Positions 39,127-49,653 of a stretch of 64,000 nucleotides of DNA are shown here, one piece after another; within the stretch, counting starts at the first letter, position 1; each line of letters starts with the position of its first letter. Position numbers and translations under genes: made by a program. The notes beneath the pieces were generated by a model. It was not told the origin of the DNA, ran no database searches, and worked only from the letters and a program-made list of their open reading frames with translations. The DNA comes from an uncultured Clostridia bacterium (GTDB taxonomy: Bacteria > Bacillota > Clostridia > TANB77 > CAG-508), in contig CALXJY010000003.1 of NCBI GenBank assembly GCA_944388755.1, forward strand, positions 1,012-65,011, written 5' to 3'.

Positions 39127-40374
39127 TTATGGTAAATAATTATATGGATTTTGCCTATTATTATATGTACCAGGACTTGTTCTTACTTCAAAATGTAAAT
39201 GTGCTCCAAATGAATTTCCTGTATTTCCTACTCTCATAATTTGTTGTCCTTGTTTTACAGTTTGACCTTGTCTAACCATTATTGATCCTGCCTGACCATG
39301 TGCATATAATGTATATAATCCATTATAATGCATTATTATTACATAATTACCATAACTTGTTGTTAATGCTTGTGCTAATACTACTATTCCATCTGCCACT
39401 GCATAAACCGGTTGCCCATTAATTCCACCTGTTCCAAAGTCAACTGCCCCATGTACTCTTCCATCTGAGTAATACCAACCTGTTGTAATTCTTGAATAAG
39501 CAGATGGCACTGGATATATAAATCCACTTGAACTTGTTATTCCTCCAGAAGAACTACTTGAAGATGATCCATTACTTGAACCATTATTTTTATTTGCCTG
39601 GTCTTTTTTTCTCTGCTCTTCTAGTTTACGCTGTAATTCTGCTTGATATGCTTTTATTTGTGCATCTATTGCGACATTATCTTTTTTTATTTCATCAATT
39701 TGTGCTTGCAATTGCTTTTCTTCTTCAGATAATTCTTCTACATAATTTGCTTTTTCATTTTTTGAAGTTTGTAGTTCAGAAGAAACCTTTTCTTTACTTG
39801 CTTTTGCATCTGTAAGTTCCTTTTTACTTTGTTCTAGTTCCTTTTTTGCATTTTCTATTTCTGTTTTTTGGCTTTGTATTTCATCTAACAATTCTAAGTC
39901 ACATTCTGCAATTTCAGATATTATATAATAACTTGATATAAAATCTGTAACAGATTCAGAAGATAGCAATACATCTAAATATGATGTGTCTCCTGCCTCA
40001 TATAATGCTACTATTCTTTCTTCTAGCATTTTCTGCTGATTATCATAATCTTCTTGAGCTTTATTTAACCTATTTGTAGCTTCTTCTATTTTAGTATTTG
40101 CATCATTAATTTGCGTATTTAAGTTAGAAATTTGAGATTCATATTCATCTATTTGATTATCTAATTCTTGTACTTGTTTTACTGTTTGGTCTTTTATTTC
40201 TTGTACTTCTTCCTTTTTCTTTTCTGTTTCTGTTATTTTTTCATTATTTTCTTGTTTTTGACTATTTAACTCTGATTCTGTTGTTGCATAAGACAAATTT
40301 GCTCCTATTAACAGAATTATAACTAAACATAATATTACTATTTTTTTTACAATATTTTTCATATGCTCCTCCAA
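39127..40374 (-). CDS. coiled-coil M23 (LytM) peptidase, EnvC/PcsB-like, paralog 2
   Basis: Signal/TM, a ~250-aa coiled coil, a poly-Ser linker, and M23 motifs VHGAVDFG and GAHLHFEV. Confidence 0.85.
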   Translation of the reverse strand: MEEHMKNIVKKIVILCLVIILLIGANLSYATTESELNSQKQENNEKITETEKKKEEVQEIKDQTVKQVQELDNQIDEYESQISNLNTQINDANTKIEEATNRLNKAQEDYDNQQKMLEERIVALYEAGDTSYLDVLLSSESVTDFISSYYIISEIAECDLELLDEIQSQKTEIENAKKELEQSKKELTDAKASKEKVSSELQTSKNEKANYVEELSEEEKQLQAQIDEIKKDNVAIDAQIKAYQAELQRKLEEQRKKDQANKNNGSSNGSSSSSSSGGITSSSGFIYPVPSAYSRITTGWYYSDGRVHGAVDFGTGGINGQPVYAVADGIVVLAQALTTSYGNYVIIMHYNGLYTLYAHGQAGSIMVRQGQTVKQGQQIMRVGNTGNSFGAHLHFEVRTSPGTYNNRQNPYNYLP

Positions 40375-40441
40375 TTTACTTTTTTTCTATATTTTGTAAA
40401 TTTTTATAGGTTATTTTTTTGGACAGTTTAAACTGTCCTTA

Positions 40442-41719
40442 TTATTCTTGTGCATTTGTATTTTCGTTTGTTGTATTTTCATTGTTTTCACTGTTTTTGT
40501 CTTCTTCTGAATTTGGTACTAAACCACTTGTTATATATGGCATTGGATTTGTGACAACACCATTTTTTCTTACTTCAAAATGAGCATGTGCCCCTGTTGA
40601 ATACCCTGTTGAACCTACTTTTAGTACTGCCTGATTTCTAGTTACAGTATCTCCTACATTTACTAAAAATTCTGATCCATGTGCATATAATGTGCTTATT
40701 CCTCCTCCATGGTCAATTACTACCATTTTTCCATATGCTACATTATATTCTGCTTTTACAACTACTCCATCATTTGCTGCTACAAAGTTTGCTCCCATTG
40801 GTGCTGCTATATCCACTCCTGTGTGTAGTTTATATACTTTTGTAATTGGATGAACTCTCATGCCATATTCTGAACTTATTTTAGTATAACCTGGTACTGG
40901 CCATGCAAGTTCTCCTCCTATATACTGAGTTAATTCTCCTTGTGATGCTAACTCTACTAGTTGTTTATTTACATCTTCTAAAACTTTATTATATTCTTCT
41001 AGTTTTGTTTGTGTTTGTTTTTCTTCTTCTGATAATTTGCTTATATATGATTCCCTCAAAACTTTTGTTGTTTGTAATACTTTAGATGTTCTTGTTTGTC
41101 TTTCTATTATTGTTGCTAATTCTTTTTTTTCTTTTTCTAGTTTAGTTTTTGTATTATCTATGTTATTTTTTCTTTCTGCAATCGTATTTAATATTTCTGC
41201 ATCATATTCTGCAATTTCTGAAATTATATAATATGATGAAATAAATTCTGAAATGCTGTTAGCATTTAATAATACATCTAAATATTGTGTGTCTCCTGCT
41301 TCATATAATGCTACTACTCTTTGCTCAAATAGAGCTTTTTGTGTTTCGTATTTTTGTTCTTCTACTTTTTGTTGTTCTTCAAGTCCTTTTATGGTTTGCT
41401 GTAATGTTTGCACCTCTTCTGTTGTTTCTTCTAGTTCTTTTTCTGCATTTTCTATTTTTTCATCTAATTTTTGTACTTGTTCTAAATTTTCTGTTATATC
41501 TAGTTTTAAATCTGATAGTTGTTGATTTGCCTCATCTATTTGTTCTTTTACTTCTTTTTGCTTATTTTGTAAATCATTTGAACTTCCGGTAACTACATTT
41601 TCTGATGTAGTATTATTTTCTTCAGTTATATTCTCTACTGCTATAACTTTTCTAGTAGCTAGTCCAATAGTTGTACAACACAATACGCAAATTAATACCA
41701 TATATAATATTTTACGCAT
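40442..41719 (-). CDS. coiled-coil M23 (LytM) peptidase, EnvC/PcsB-like, paralog 1
   Basis: Same architecture as its neighbour. Motifs LHTGVDIA and GAHAHFEV. Shares YEAGDT.YLDVLL...S..FISSYYIISEIAE with the paralog. Confidence 0.85.
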   Translation of the reverse strand: MRKILYMVLICVLCCTTIGLATRKVIAVENITEENNTTSENVVTGSSNDLQNKQKEVKEQIDEANQQLSDLKLDITENLEQVQKLDEKIENAEKELEETTEEVQTLQQTIKGLEEQQKVEEQKYETQKALFEQRVVALYEAGDTQYLDVLLNANSISEFISSYYIISEIAEYDAEILNTIAERKNNIDNTKTKLEKEKKELATIIERQTRTSKVLQTTKVLRESYISKLSEEEKQTQTKLEEYNKVLEDVNKQLVELASQGELTQYIGGELAWPVPGYTKISSEYGMRVHPITKVYKLHTGVDIAAPMGANFVAANDGVVVKAEYNVAYGKMVVIDHGGGISTLYAHGSEFLVNVGDTVTRNQAVLKVGSTGYSTGAHAHFEVRKNGVVTNPMPYITSGLVPNSEEDKNSENNENTTNENTNAQE

Positions 41720-41730
41720 TTTACACTCCT

Positions 41731-42651
41731 TTATACTTTTAAATATTTTCTCATAGACATAACACTACCTAAAACTCCGATTCCTATTCCTAAAAGCATA
41801 TATACAACAATTATTGATGAAAGCATATCTCCAAAACTTACTAAACTCATACCTATTAATTTCATAAATGTTACATCAACTAGTTTTTGCGAAATCAAGT
41901 TATATGCTCCACCTACAATTACTATTGAAATTATACTTGCTATTATACCAATAATCATACCTTCTACAATAAAAGGCCATCTTATAAAACTATTTGTTGC
42001 TCCAACATATTTCATTATTGATATTTCTTTTCTTCTTGCATGTACAGTTAATTTTATTGTATTTGCAATTATAAATATTGATATTATAATTAACAAAATT
42101 AGAACAACTCCTGTTACAATTCTGATTCCATTTGCTATATTTATTAATGCTGATACAGTTTCATCACTACTTGTAATTTTAGCATAATTTGGTATCTTTT
42201 TAATTTGTTCTTGAATATCTTTGCTTTGTGTTAAGTCAGATACTTTTACTAAATATGATGCCTTAAATGCTTCTACATTAAATCCGTCTAATACTCCTTG
42301 TTGATCTTTTAATCTTTCTTTCATTGAATTTAATCCATCTTCTTTAGATATATATTCTACTGTTGAAATTCCTGGTATTTTTCTTATTTCTTCGCCAAAT
42401 TGTTCTATTTCATCTTGTGTTGCATCTACTTTTACAAATACTTGAAATCCTTGCTCAGATTTTATATCATCTACAATATGATTTATATTTTCTCCTAATA
42501 CCAAAAATATTCCAAATATAATCATTGTAGCACACATAATCATTAGTGATGCTCCTGTAGATTTTTTATTTTTAAATACATTACTTATTCCTTCACCTAT
42601 TAAATAACCTATTCTATTATATTTCACAGTCATACCCACCTTTTTTATCAT
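41731..42651 (-). CDS. ftsX: cell-division ABC transporter permease-like protein FtsX
   Basis: TM1, a large extracytoplasmic domain, then three C-terminal TMs (FtsX fold). Overlaps the ftsE 3' end. Confidence 0.9.
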   Translation of the reverse strand: MIKKVGMTVKYNRIGYLIGEGISNVFKNKKSTGASLMIMCATMIIFGIFLVLGENINHIVDDIKSEQGFQVFVKVDATQDEIEQFGEEIRKIPGISTVEYISKEDGLNSMKERLKDQQGVLDGFNVEAFKASYLVKVSDLTQSKDIQEQIKKIPNYAKITSSDETVSALINIANGIRIVTGVVLILLIIISIFIIANTIKLTVHARRKEISIMKYVGATNSFIRWPFIVEGMIIGIIASIISIVIVGGAYNLISQKLVDVTFMKLIGMSLVSFGDMLSSIIVVYMLLGIGIGVLGSVMSMRKYLKV

Positions 42652-43312
42652 CTTTTACTATATTACCTTTGTTAATATGAATTACTCTTTTTTTCATTTT
42701 ATCTACTATGTCTTTTGCATGTGTTGCAACTACTACTGTTGTTCCTCTCATATTAATATCATTTAATAAGGTCATTATATCCCATGCTGTTTCAGGGTCT
42801 AGGTTTCCTGTAGGTTCGTCTGCAATTAACATAGATGGATTATTTACTAATGCTCTTGCTAAAGCAACTCTTTGTTGTTCTCCTCCTGATAGTTCATTTG
42901 GGTACATTTTTGCTTTATTACTTAAACCTACCAATGATAAAACCATTGGAACTTGTCTTCTTATATGTCTTGGTGTTGCCCTTACTATGTACATTGCATA
43001 TGCTACATTGTCATATACAGTCTTGTCTGGTAATAATCTAAAATCTTGAAATACCACTCCCATACTTCTTCTTAAATATGGTACTCTACTTGGTTTTAAA
43101 AAAGTTGTATCTTTCCCATTTATTATTATATTTCCTGATGTTGGTTCTTCCTCTTTTAATATTAATTTTATTAATGTAGACTTACCGCTACCTGAAGCTC
43201 CAACTAAAAAGGCAAATTCACCTTTTTCTATTTTAAAACTAACATTTTTTACTGCCTTTGTTCCTGTATCATATTTTTTGCTTACATTTCTAAATTCTAT
43301 CATTTTTAACAT
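42617..43312 (-). CDS. ftsE: cell-division ATP-binding protein FtsE
   Basis: Walker A GASGSGKST, signature LSGGEQQR, Walker B MLIADEPT. Confidence 0.95.
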   Translation of the reverse strand: MLKMIEFRNVSKKYDTGTKAVKNVSFKIEKGEFAFLVGASGSGKSTLIKLILKEEEPTSGNIIINGKDTTFLKPSRVPYLRRSMGVVFQDFRLLPDKTVYDNVAYAMYIVRATPRHIRRQVPMVLSLVGLSNKAKMYPNELSGGEQQRVALARALVNNPSMLIADEPTGNLDPETAWDIMTLLNDINMRGTTVVVATHAKDIVDKMKKRVIHINKGNIVKDDKKGGYDCEI

Positions 43313-43530
43313 TCCTTTCAGCAGACTATTTTATCGTATTTTCTATATATTTCACAGCTATTTTTGTTAAATCTTAATTTTTTTCCACATTATAAATAAT
43401 AACAATAAAACACTTTTTTTGCAATAGTTTTCTATTAAAAAAATGATGGTATTTTTTGGTTTTTTGTTGTTATTTGCAATTATTCTCTATTTTTTGTAGA
43501 TTTACTTTTATTCTTATTATTTATATTTTT

Positions 43531-44448
43531 TTATAAAAATTCTTTTACTATTTTTTCTGAATCTATTCCAAAAAATTTCATTAATTCTTCTGCTTTTCCA
43601 GATTTTCCAAAACAATCATTTATTCCTAATCTAGTTAGTTTTGCTGGATTTAATTCTGTTAATACTTCTGATATTGCAGATCCAAGTCCACCTATTATAT
43701 TATGGTCTTCAACTGAGACTAGTTTTTTTGTCTCTATAGCAGATTTTACTATTATTTGTTTGTCAATTGGTTTTATAGTATGGATATCTATAACTCTAAC
43801 ATTTATTCCTTTTTCTGATAAGATTCTTTGTGCTTTTATACTTTCACTTACTGTTACTCCTGTACAAAATATTGTTCCATCTTCTCCATTTCCTATTTGT
43901 ACAGCTTTTCCTATTTCAAAATTTTCATTTTTTTCATATACTTGATCTGTTGCTAATCTACATAAACGCAAATATACTGGTCCTTCTATTTTTGAAATTT
44001 CGTTCACAGCCCATTTAGTTTGAATATCATCACATGTACTTATTACTGTCATATTTGGTATTGTTCTCATCAAAGATAAATCTTCTATCATTTGATGTGT
44101 TGCACCATCTTCTCCTACTGTTACTCCAGCATGTGTTGCACATATTTTTACATTTAATTTAGGATAACATATACTATTTCTAATTTGGTCATATGCTCTT
44201 CCTGCACAAAACATTGCAAATGTACTAACATATGGTATTTTTCCACATGTTGCAAATCCTGCTGCAGTTGATACCATATCTTGTTCTGCAATTCCTATGT
44301 CAAAAAATCTGTCATGGAATTTTTTTGCAAATATGTCTGTTTTTGTTGCAGATGATAGGTCTGCATCTAATACTACTATATTTTGATTTTTCTCACCTAA
44401 TATGGCAAGTTCTTCTCCATAACTTTGTCTTGTTGCCTTTTTTTCCAT
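43531..44448 (-). CDS. transketolase, C-terminal (pyrimidine-binding) subunit
   Basis: 305 aa. Motifs VVLDADLSSATKT, DIGIAEQDMVSTAAGFA and THQMIEDLSLMR are typical of the split-transketolase C-terminal section. Confidence 0.85.
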   Translation of the reverse strand: MEKKATRQSYGEELAILGEKNQNIVVLDADLSSATKTDIFAKKFHDRFFDIGIAEQDMVSTAAGFATCGKIPYVSTFAMFCAGRAYDQIRNSICYPKLNVKICATHAGVTVGEDGATHQMIEDLSLMRTIPNMTVISTCDDIQTKWAVNEISKIEGPVYLRLCRLATDQVYEKNENFEIGKAVQIGNGEDGTIFCTGVTVSESIKAQRILSEKGINVRVIDIHTIKPIDKQIIVKSAIETKKLVSVEDHNIIGGLGSAISEVLTELNPAKLTRLGINDCFGKSGKAEELMKFFGIDSEKIVKEFL

Positions 44449-44571
44449 TTTTTATCACATTCCTTTTCTATTTGTTTTTCTTAAATAGAAGACAAAAATT
44501 GTAGGAATATAGGAAAAAAGGTATAAACATTATCCCTTTTGTTCCTTTTTTTCCTACTATTTTCCCCTTTT

Positions 44572-45909
44572 CTAATCTAAATATGCTGAGAATAAGAAAT
44601 TTCCCATATAAACTTGTATACATGGTACTAGTACAACTATTACAAAGAAAATTAATACAACACCTACTATTGTATATACAATTTGTGGTAATGTCTTCAT
44701 TATCTTATCTAGCATATCGTCTATATCTATTTGTAAATATTCATTTAATTTTTCAATCATTTCTGGTAGGTCTGTATCCATACCTATTTTTAACATTTCT
44801 GTAATCATCGGTTTGCATAGTCCTGAACTTTCAAATGGTTCTATCCATGATGAACCTATAAGAATATTATTTATTGAATTTTCAATTATTCCCCTTAAAA
44901 CATAATTTTTAACCACATTTTTACTTACATCAAGTGAGTCTTGAATTCTCATTCCATTTTGTAAATTTAAATGCATTGCTCTCATTAGTCTTGAAAAGTC
45001 TAAGGCAAATATTAATTGTCCAAATACTGGTACTTTATATTTAAAATAGTCAAAATTATATCTTCCTCTTGGTGTTCTAATATACATTATAATACCTACT
45101 ATGACTCCAATGATAAGAATTACAGGTATATACCAATATGCAATTGCTACATTCATTACTTTTTGGAACCATAATGTTACTGGTGGCAAGGTATCTTTTG
45201 TTCCTAATTCTTCATATACACTTTGTATTGCTGGTATTGCAACAAGTGTACCTACAACTAACATTATTATAATTAATATAAATTGTATTATATTTGGAAT
45301 TAAGATATTTCTCAATCTTTTCTTTATTCTATCAGTATCGTCTAAATATTTTACAGCCTGTTCTAACGAATTTGTAAGAGAGCCTGATAATTCTCCTACT
45401 TTTATCATATTTGTATAAATATATGGAAATATATTTGAGTAATATTCCATTGTTGTATACATGTAATCTCCTGCTTCTATACCTGCTAATATATCTTCTA
45501 ATATTTCTTTAAACATTAGATTATCAGTACCATCTATAATTGTTTTTAGTGCATGTATATTATTGAAATTTGCTTTTTTTAATAAATATAGGTCTTGTGT
45601 AAAAACTACTATATCTCTTGATGTTATTTTTTGATTAGTTGTTAAATATTTTTTTACTTTTTCTGAGTTAGACATAACTTTTGATTTGTCTATATTTGTA
45701 GTTGTAAAATTTTTCATATATTCATCAATGGCATTAATGTTTTTCTTTGCTTTTTTACCATTTTTTATAAATATATCTTTTTCTACACTTATTGGGGTCA
45801 TTTCGTTTCTTTTTAATCTCTGTATTAAGCTTTCTTTACTATCTGCTTCTACCTTATTTTTTACAACTACCCCATATTTAGTCATTGCTTTATATACATA
45901 GCTGGGCAT
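44572..45909 (-). CDS. pilC: type IV pilus platform protein PilC (GspF family)
   Basis: 445 aa with two T2SSF-like repeats and three TM segments. Last gene of the pilus operon. Confidence 0.8.
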   Translation of the reverse strand: MPSYVYKAMTKYGVVVKNKVEADSKESLIQRLKRNEMTPISVEKDIFIKNGKKAKKNINAIDEYMKNFTTTNIDKSKVMSNSEKVKKYLTTNQKITSRDIVVFTQDLYLLKKANFNNIHALKTIIDGTDNLMFKEILEDILAGIEAGDYMYTTMEYYSNIFPYIYTNMIKVGELSGSLTNSLEQAVKYLDDTDRIKKRLRNILIPNIIQFILIIIMLVVGTLVAIPAIQSVYEELGTKDTLPPVTLWFQKVMNVAIAYWYIPVILIIGVIVGIIMYIRTPRGRYNFDYFKYKVPVFGQLIFALDFSRLMRAMHLNLQNGMRIQDSLDVSKNVVKNYVLRGIIENSINNILIGSSWIEPFESSGLCKPMITEMLKIGMDTDLPEMIEKLNEYLQIDIDDMLDKIMKTLPQIVYTIVGVVLIFFVIVVLVPCIQVYMGNFLFSAYLD

Positions 45910-45922
45910 TTCTTACCTCCTG

Positions 45923-47023
45923 TTATTTTCCATTTTTTATTTTTAATTGCATTATTGTTCTATTTAATGTTTCTACATTTTTGTCTTCTAGTTGGGATTT
46001 TGCCTGCTCAAGTGTTATTTTGTCATCAACAAATGCTTGCGCAAGTGAATTTATTAATGTAATACTTCCTTTTTCAGATTCATTTTGTATAGCTTCTTCT
46101 ATTTCTTCTATATTTATTTTATCCTTTTTTATGATTCCTGAAATTATATTATCTACTACCATTACTTCAGGTATTAATGTTAGTTCTCCATTTTTATCTT
46201 TTAACAGCCTTTGTGATATTATTAGTTTTAATAATCTTGATAAAAGATATTTTATATTTGATTGCTCTTTGACTTCATATAAGTTTACTATTCTATCTAT
46301 TGTTTCTGCACATGATTTTGTGTAAAGTGTTCCTAATACTAAATGTCCTGATTCTGCCATTTCTATTGCTGATTCCATTGTTTCCTTGTCTTTTATTTCT
46401 CCTATTACCAATATGTCACAATCTTCTTTTAATGAGTTTTTAACTCCATCACTAAATGTTAATACATCTTGTCCTTTTCCTACTTCTTTTTGTATAATTA
46501 TTGATTTTTTTTGTTTATGTCTGTATTCTACTGGATCTTCAAGCATTACTATTTTCTTTTTTTGCGTTTCATTCACATCATTTACTAATGCATTTAATGT
46601 CATTGTTTTACCTGAATTTGTTTTTCCTGTAACTAATATTAGTCCTTGTGTTTTATTCATCATTTTTTTTACTACTTCTGGTATTCCTAATTTCTGATAT
46701 GTTGGTAATTCATTTTTTATTAATTTTAATGTATATATTGGTGTATCAAATGAGTTAGATATATTTACTCTAAAACGTATTTCCCCATATTCAAAATCTG
46801 TATCTAATTTTCTTGTTTCTCTAAATATACTATCTTTATCTATATTTCCGCGAATTAAATAATCATAAATATCACTCATATCATCTTGTGTTAAAACATC
46901 CACATCTTCTAATATTATCAATTCTTTTGCAATTCTTAAAATCGGCTTATTATCACATACTAAATGTATGTCTGATGCACCTTTTTTTATTGCAGTATCT
47001 AATATTTTATTCATATTTAACAT
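45923..47023 (-). CDS. pilT: type IV pilus retraction ATPase PilT
   Basis: 366 aa. Motifs GASDIHL, Walker A GKTNSGKT, Asp box MLEDPVEY, Walker B ILVIGEI and His box GHLVLGTLYT. Confidence 0.85.
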   Translation of the reverse strand: MLNMNKILDTAIKKGASDIHLVCDNKPILRIAKELIILEDVDVLTQDDMSDIYDYLIRGNIDKDSIFRETRKLDTDFEYGEIRFRVNISNSFDTPIYTLKLIKNELPTYQKLGIPEVVKKMMNKTQGLILVTGKTNSGKTMTLNALVNDVNETQKKKIVMLEDPVEYRHKQKKSIIIQKEVGKGQDVLTFSDGVKNSLKEDCDILVIGEIKDKETMESAIEMAESGHLVLGTLYTKSCAETIDRIVNLYEVKEQSNIKYLLSRLLKLIISQRLLKDKNGELTLIPEVMVVDNIISGIIKKDKINIEEIEEAIQNESEKGSITLINSLAQAFVDDKITLEQAKSQLEDKNVETLNRTIMQLKIKNGK

Positions 47024-47042
47024 AATTTTCAGTCCTTTCTTG

Positions 47043-48686
47043 TTAATATAATAATATTTTATTATTTAATTCTTCAAGTGTTGTTATTCCATTTAATACC
47101 TTTTTTATTCCGTCTAATACCAATGGTCTATATCCTTGTTTTAGTGCTTGTTCTTTTATTTCTAAACTTGATGCTCCTTTTGTTATTAATGATTTTATTT
47201 GGTCTGTAATATCTAATATTTCAAATATCCCAATCCTATTATAATATCCTGTATTATTACAATAATCACATCCAACTGCATCATATGTTTTTAGTCCTGA
47301 GAAGTCTATATCTTCCCCATATTGGTTCAATATTTTAGTAATTATCGTTTTTTCTTCATCATTATATTCTCTTTCTCTTTTACACTTAGGGCATACTCTT
47401 CTAACTAGCCTTTGTGATACTGATGTTGCCAGTATACTTGCTATATCATAATCTGATACACCCATCTTTCTTAGACGATTAATTACTTCTATGCTATCTA
47501 TTGTGTGTATTGTTGATAATACATAATGTCCTGTTTGTCCAGCTTGTATAGCTATTTCTGCTGTTTCTAAATCACGTATTTCTCCTACTAATATAACATC
47601 AGGATCTTGTCTTAAAACAGTTCTTAGCGAATTAGAAAATGTAGCTTTTGGTCCTATTTCTATTTGATTTAGTCCATCTATACGTATCTCTACTGGGTCC
47701 TCTATTGTAGTTATATTTATTTCTGGTCTATTTAAATAATCTATTATACTATATAATGTTGTTGTTTTACCTTCTCCTGTTGGTGCCGCGATTATGGTTA
47801 TGCTATTTCTTTTGTTAAAGCTTTTTCTAACACTTTCGTCTGTTCCAGGATACCCAAGCTCAAATATTTTTCTTATATTTGTATTTTTCTTTAATAACCT
47901 TAAAACAAACTTTTCACCATATATATTTGGCTGTGAAGATACACGAATGTTGTAGTTTTCGTACATTCCAATTCTACCATCTTGTGGTTCTTGCTTTTCT
48001 TGGTGCATATTAGATATTGCCTTTAATCTGCCTATTAATTGTTGTTGTTTATCTTTTTTTATTTTTGCTGCTGTATATAATTCTCCATCTATACGATATC
48101 TAATTCTTAAACCATCTTCTAATGGTTCTATGTGGATATCACTTGCTCGTTTTTCTATTCCAGTTTTTATAATACTATCTACTAACTCAGTTGTAGTTGT
48201 ATTACTGCTATTTCCTGTTCTAGTAATATCTTCACTTACTTCTCCATCAAATGATTTTAATAATTTTACAATTTGTTGTTCAAATGTAATATATGGCTCC
48301 ATTACTAACCCTTTATTAAGCACTAATAAACGTATTGCATCCATTTTTTTATTATTTACGGTATTAGCAAAACATACTTTTATTTTACCATTATTAATGT
48401 CAAAAGGTATTGCTTTATTTTGTTTTGCCATATCTGTTGAAATGTAGTTATTTATATTTATTTTTATTTGGTCACTTGTTAATAATATTCCCTTTGTTCC
48501 CAATATATCTCCTATAGCTTTTATTAATATATTAGGGTCACATACTTTTAGTTCATATAAAATGTCTCCTAATTTCATATTAGGATTTTTTCTTTGATAA
48601 TCTAGCGCTTTTTCTATATCATTTTCTGTTACTATTCCTCTTTTTACTAATTCTACACCTATTGGTTGCTTTCTACGCAATTCCAT
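47043..48686 (-). CDS. pilB: type IV pilus assembly ATPase PilB (GspE family)
   Basis: GspE_N-type N-domain, Walker A APTGEGKT, Walker B ILVGEIRD, His box GHYVLSTIHT, and a tetracysteine CPKC...CDYC. Confidence 0.9.
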   Translation of the reverse strand: MELRRKQPIGVELVKRGIVTENDIEKALDYQRKNPNMKLGDILYELKVCDPNILIKAIGDILGTKGILLTSDQIKININNYISTDMAKQNKAIPFDINNGKIKVCFANTVNNKKMDAIRLLVLNKGLVMEPYITFEQQIVKLLKSFDGEVSEDITRTGNSSNTTTTELVDSIIKTGIEKRASDIHIEPLEDGLRIRYRIDGELYTAAKIKKDKQQQLIGRLKAISNMHQEKQEPQDGRIGMYENYNIRVSSQPNIYGEKFVLRLLKKNTNIRKIFELGYPGTDESVRKSFNKRNSITIIAAPTGEGKTTTLYSIIDYLNRPEINITTIEDPVEIRIDGLNQIEIGPKATFSNSLRTVLRQDPDVILVGEIRDLETAEIAIQAGQTGHYVLSTIHTIDSIEVINRLRKMGVSDYDIASILATSVSQRLVRRVCPKCKREREYNDEEKTIITKILNQYGEDIDFSGLKTYDAVGCDYCNNTGYYNRIGIFEILDITDQIKSLITKGASSLEIKEQALKQGYRPLVLDGIKKVLNGITTLEELNNKILLY

Positions 48687-48701
48687 AATTTTTTCTCCCT
48701 T

Positions 48702-49148
48702 CTAGTAAGTATTTAAATAAAATTTTAGTGAATTATTTCCAATTTTTTTAAATTCACCTGATATAAATTGAACTTCTATTAATTGTTTATTATCATCCAA
48801 CTTGTATGAAAAGCTACAATTATCTATATTTTCACATATTTTAACATCATTTTTGTATAAAGCTTTTTCTATTTGTGAGTATTTATATATATTACCATTT
48901 GAAAATTCTATATAATTTATGTTTTGTTCTGTATCTGTTTTTAATACTTTATTTTCTTTTTCCTGTACATCTTGGACAAAATAACTTGCAAAAGTTGAAT
49001 ATGTTGAGCTATTGGCTTGCTTTTTTATTCCTTCTTTTATTTCTTTATTAAAATATGTTGAGAGTGTTGAGAGTGTTGAGATTACTATTAATACCGCTAT
49101 AACATATATTATTACAGAAGTTGTTGTTATACCTTTTTCCTGCTTCAT
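48702..49148 (-). CDS. minor pilin-like protein
   Basis: N-terminus MKQEKG|ITTTSVIIYVIAVLIVIS carries the same KGIT leader motif as the major pilins. Confidence 0.6.
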   Translation of the reverse strand: MKQEKGITTTSVIIYVIAVLIVISTLSTLSTYFNKEIKEGIKKQANSSTYSTFASYFVQDVQEKENKVLKTDTEQNINYIEFSNGNIYKYSQIEKALYKNDVKICENIDNCSFSYKLDDNKQLIEVQFISGEFKKIGNNSLKFYLNTY

Positions 49149-49149
49149 A

Positions 49150-49593
49150 CTAATCTCCTTTCGTCTTTATTGTTGATAGTGTTATTTTTCTGTCTTTATT
49201 ATCTTGTCTATATTGTATTTCAACTGTAATCTTTTTCAATATTTCTGGTTCTTTTCCTTTGCCTTCTTCTGTTTCTGTATAATCTTGTACTGTTACTGTT
49301 CTATAATATGGTGTATTTTCTCCATCTTCGTCTATTATATATCCATCTGATAATTTTGGTATATTTTGTATTTTTTGAGTTCCTAGTTTTGGTAATATCG
49401 TAAAGTCTATACCTTTTACTGTTTCTATTGTATCTATAGCATAATATAAAGCTTCATTATCCCTTTGTATATTACCATTATTTTTTTCTATATTTCCTGA
49501 TATTACTGTAATAATTGTTATAAATATAGATATTAAAATAACAGATAAGATTATATCAATAATTGTTATACCCTTTTCACTGCTCAAATTCAT
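49150..49593 (-). CDS. minor pilin-like protein
   Basis: N-terminus MNLSSEKG|ITIIDIILSVILISIF, with an acidic residue (Asp) at +5. Confidence 0.6.
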   Translation of the reverse strand: MNLSSEKGITIIDIILSVILISIFITIITVISGNIEKNNGNIQRDNEALYYAIDTIETVKGIDFTILPKLGTQKIQNIPKLSDGYIIDEDGENTPYYRTVTVQDYTETEEGKGKEPEILKKITVEIQYRQDNKDRKITLSTIKTKGD

Positions 49594-49653
49594 TTTTTAT
49601 CATTCCTTTTTTTATTGTATAGCCCTTATATGTTTAAGTTATGTATTTATTTC

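Noticed and set aside
40421-40438. Hairpin ggacagtttaaactgtcc as the terminator of the first M23 gene.
   Set aside because: On the transcribed (minus) strand the hairpin is followed by an A-run, not a U-run. The T-run lies on the wrong side. The two M23 genes are probably co-transcribed.
42617-42651. ftsE/ftsX 35-nt overlap, and the apparent Alg14/Alg13 58-nt overlap (63471..63528), as further frameshift sites.
   Set aside because: Both partners are complete proteins with normal termini once internal start codons are used. No CGG lies at the junctions. They are ordinary overlapping or coupled genes.
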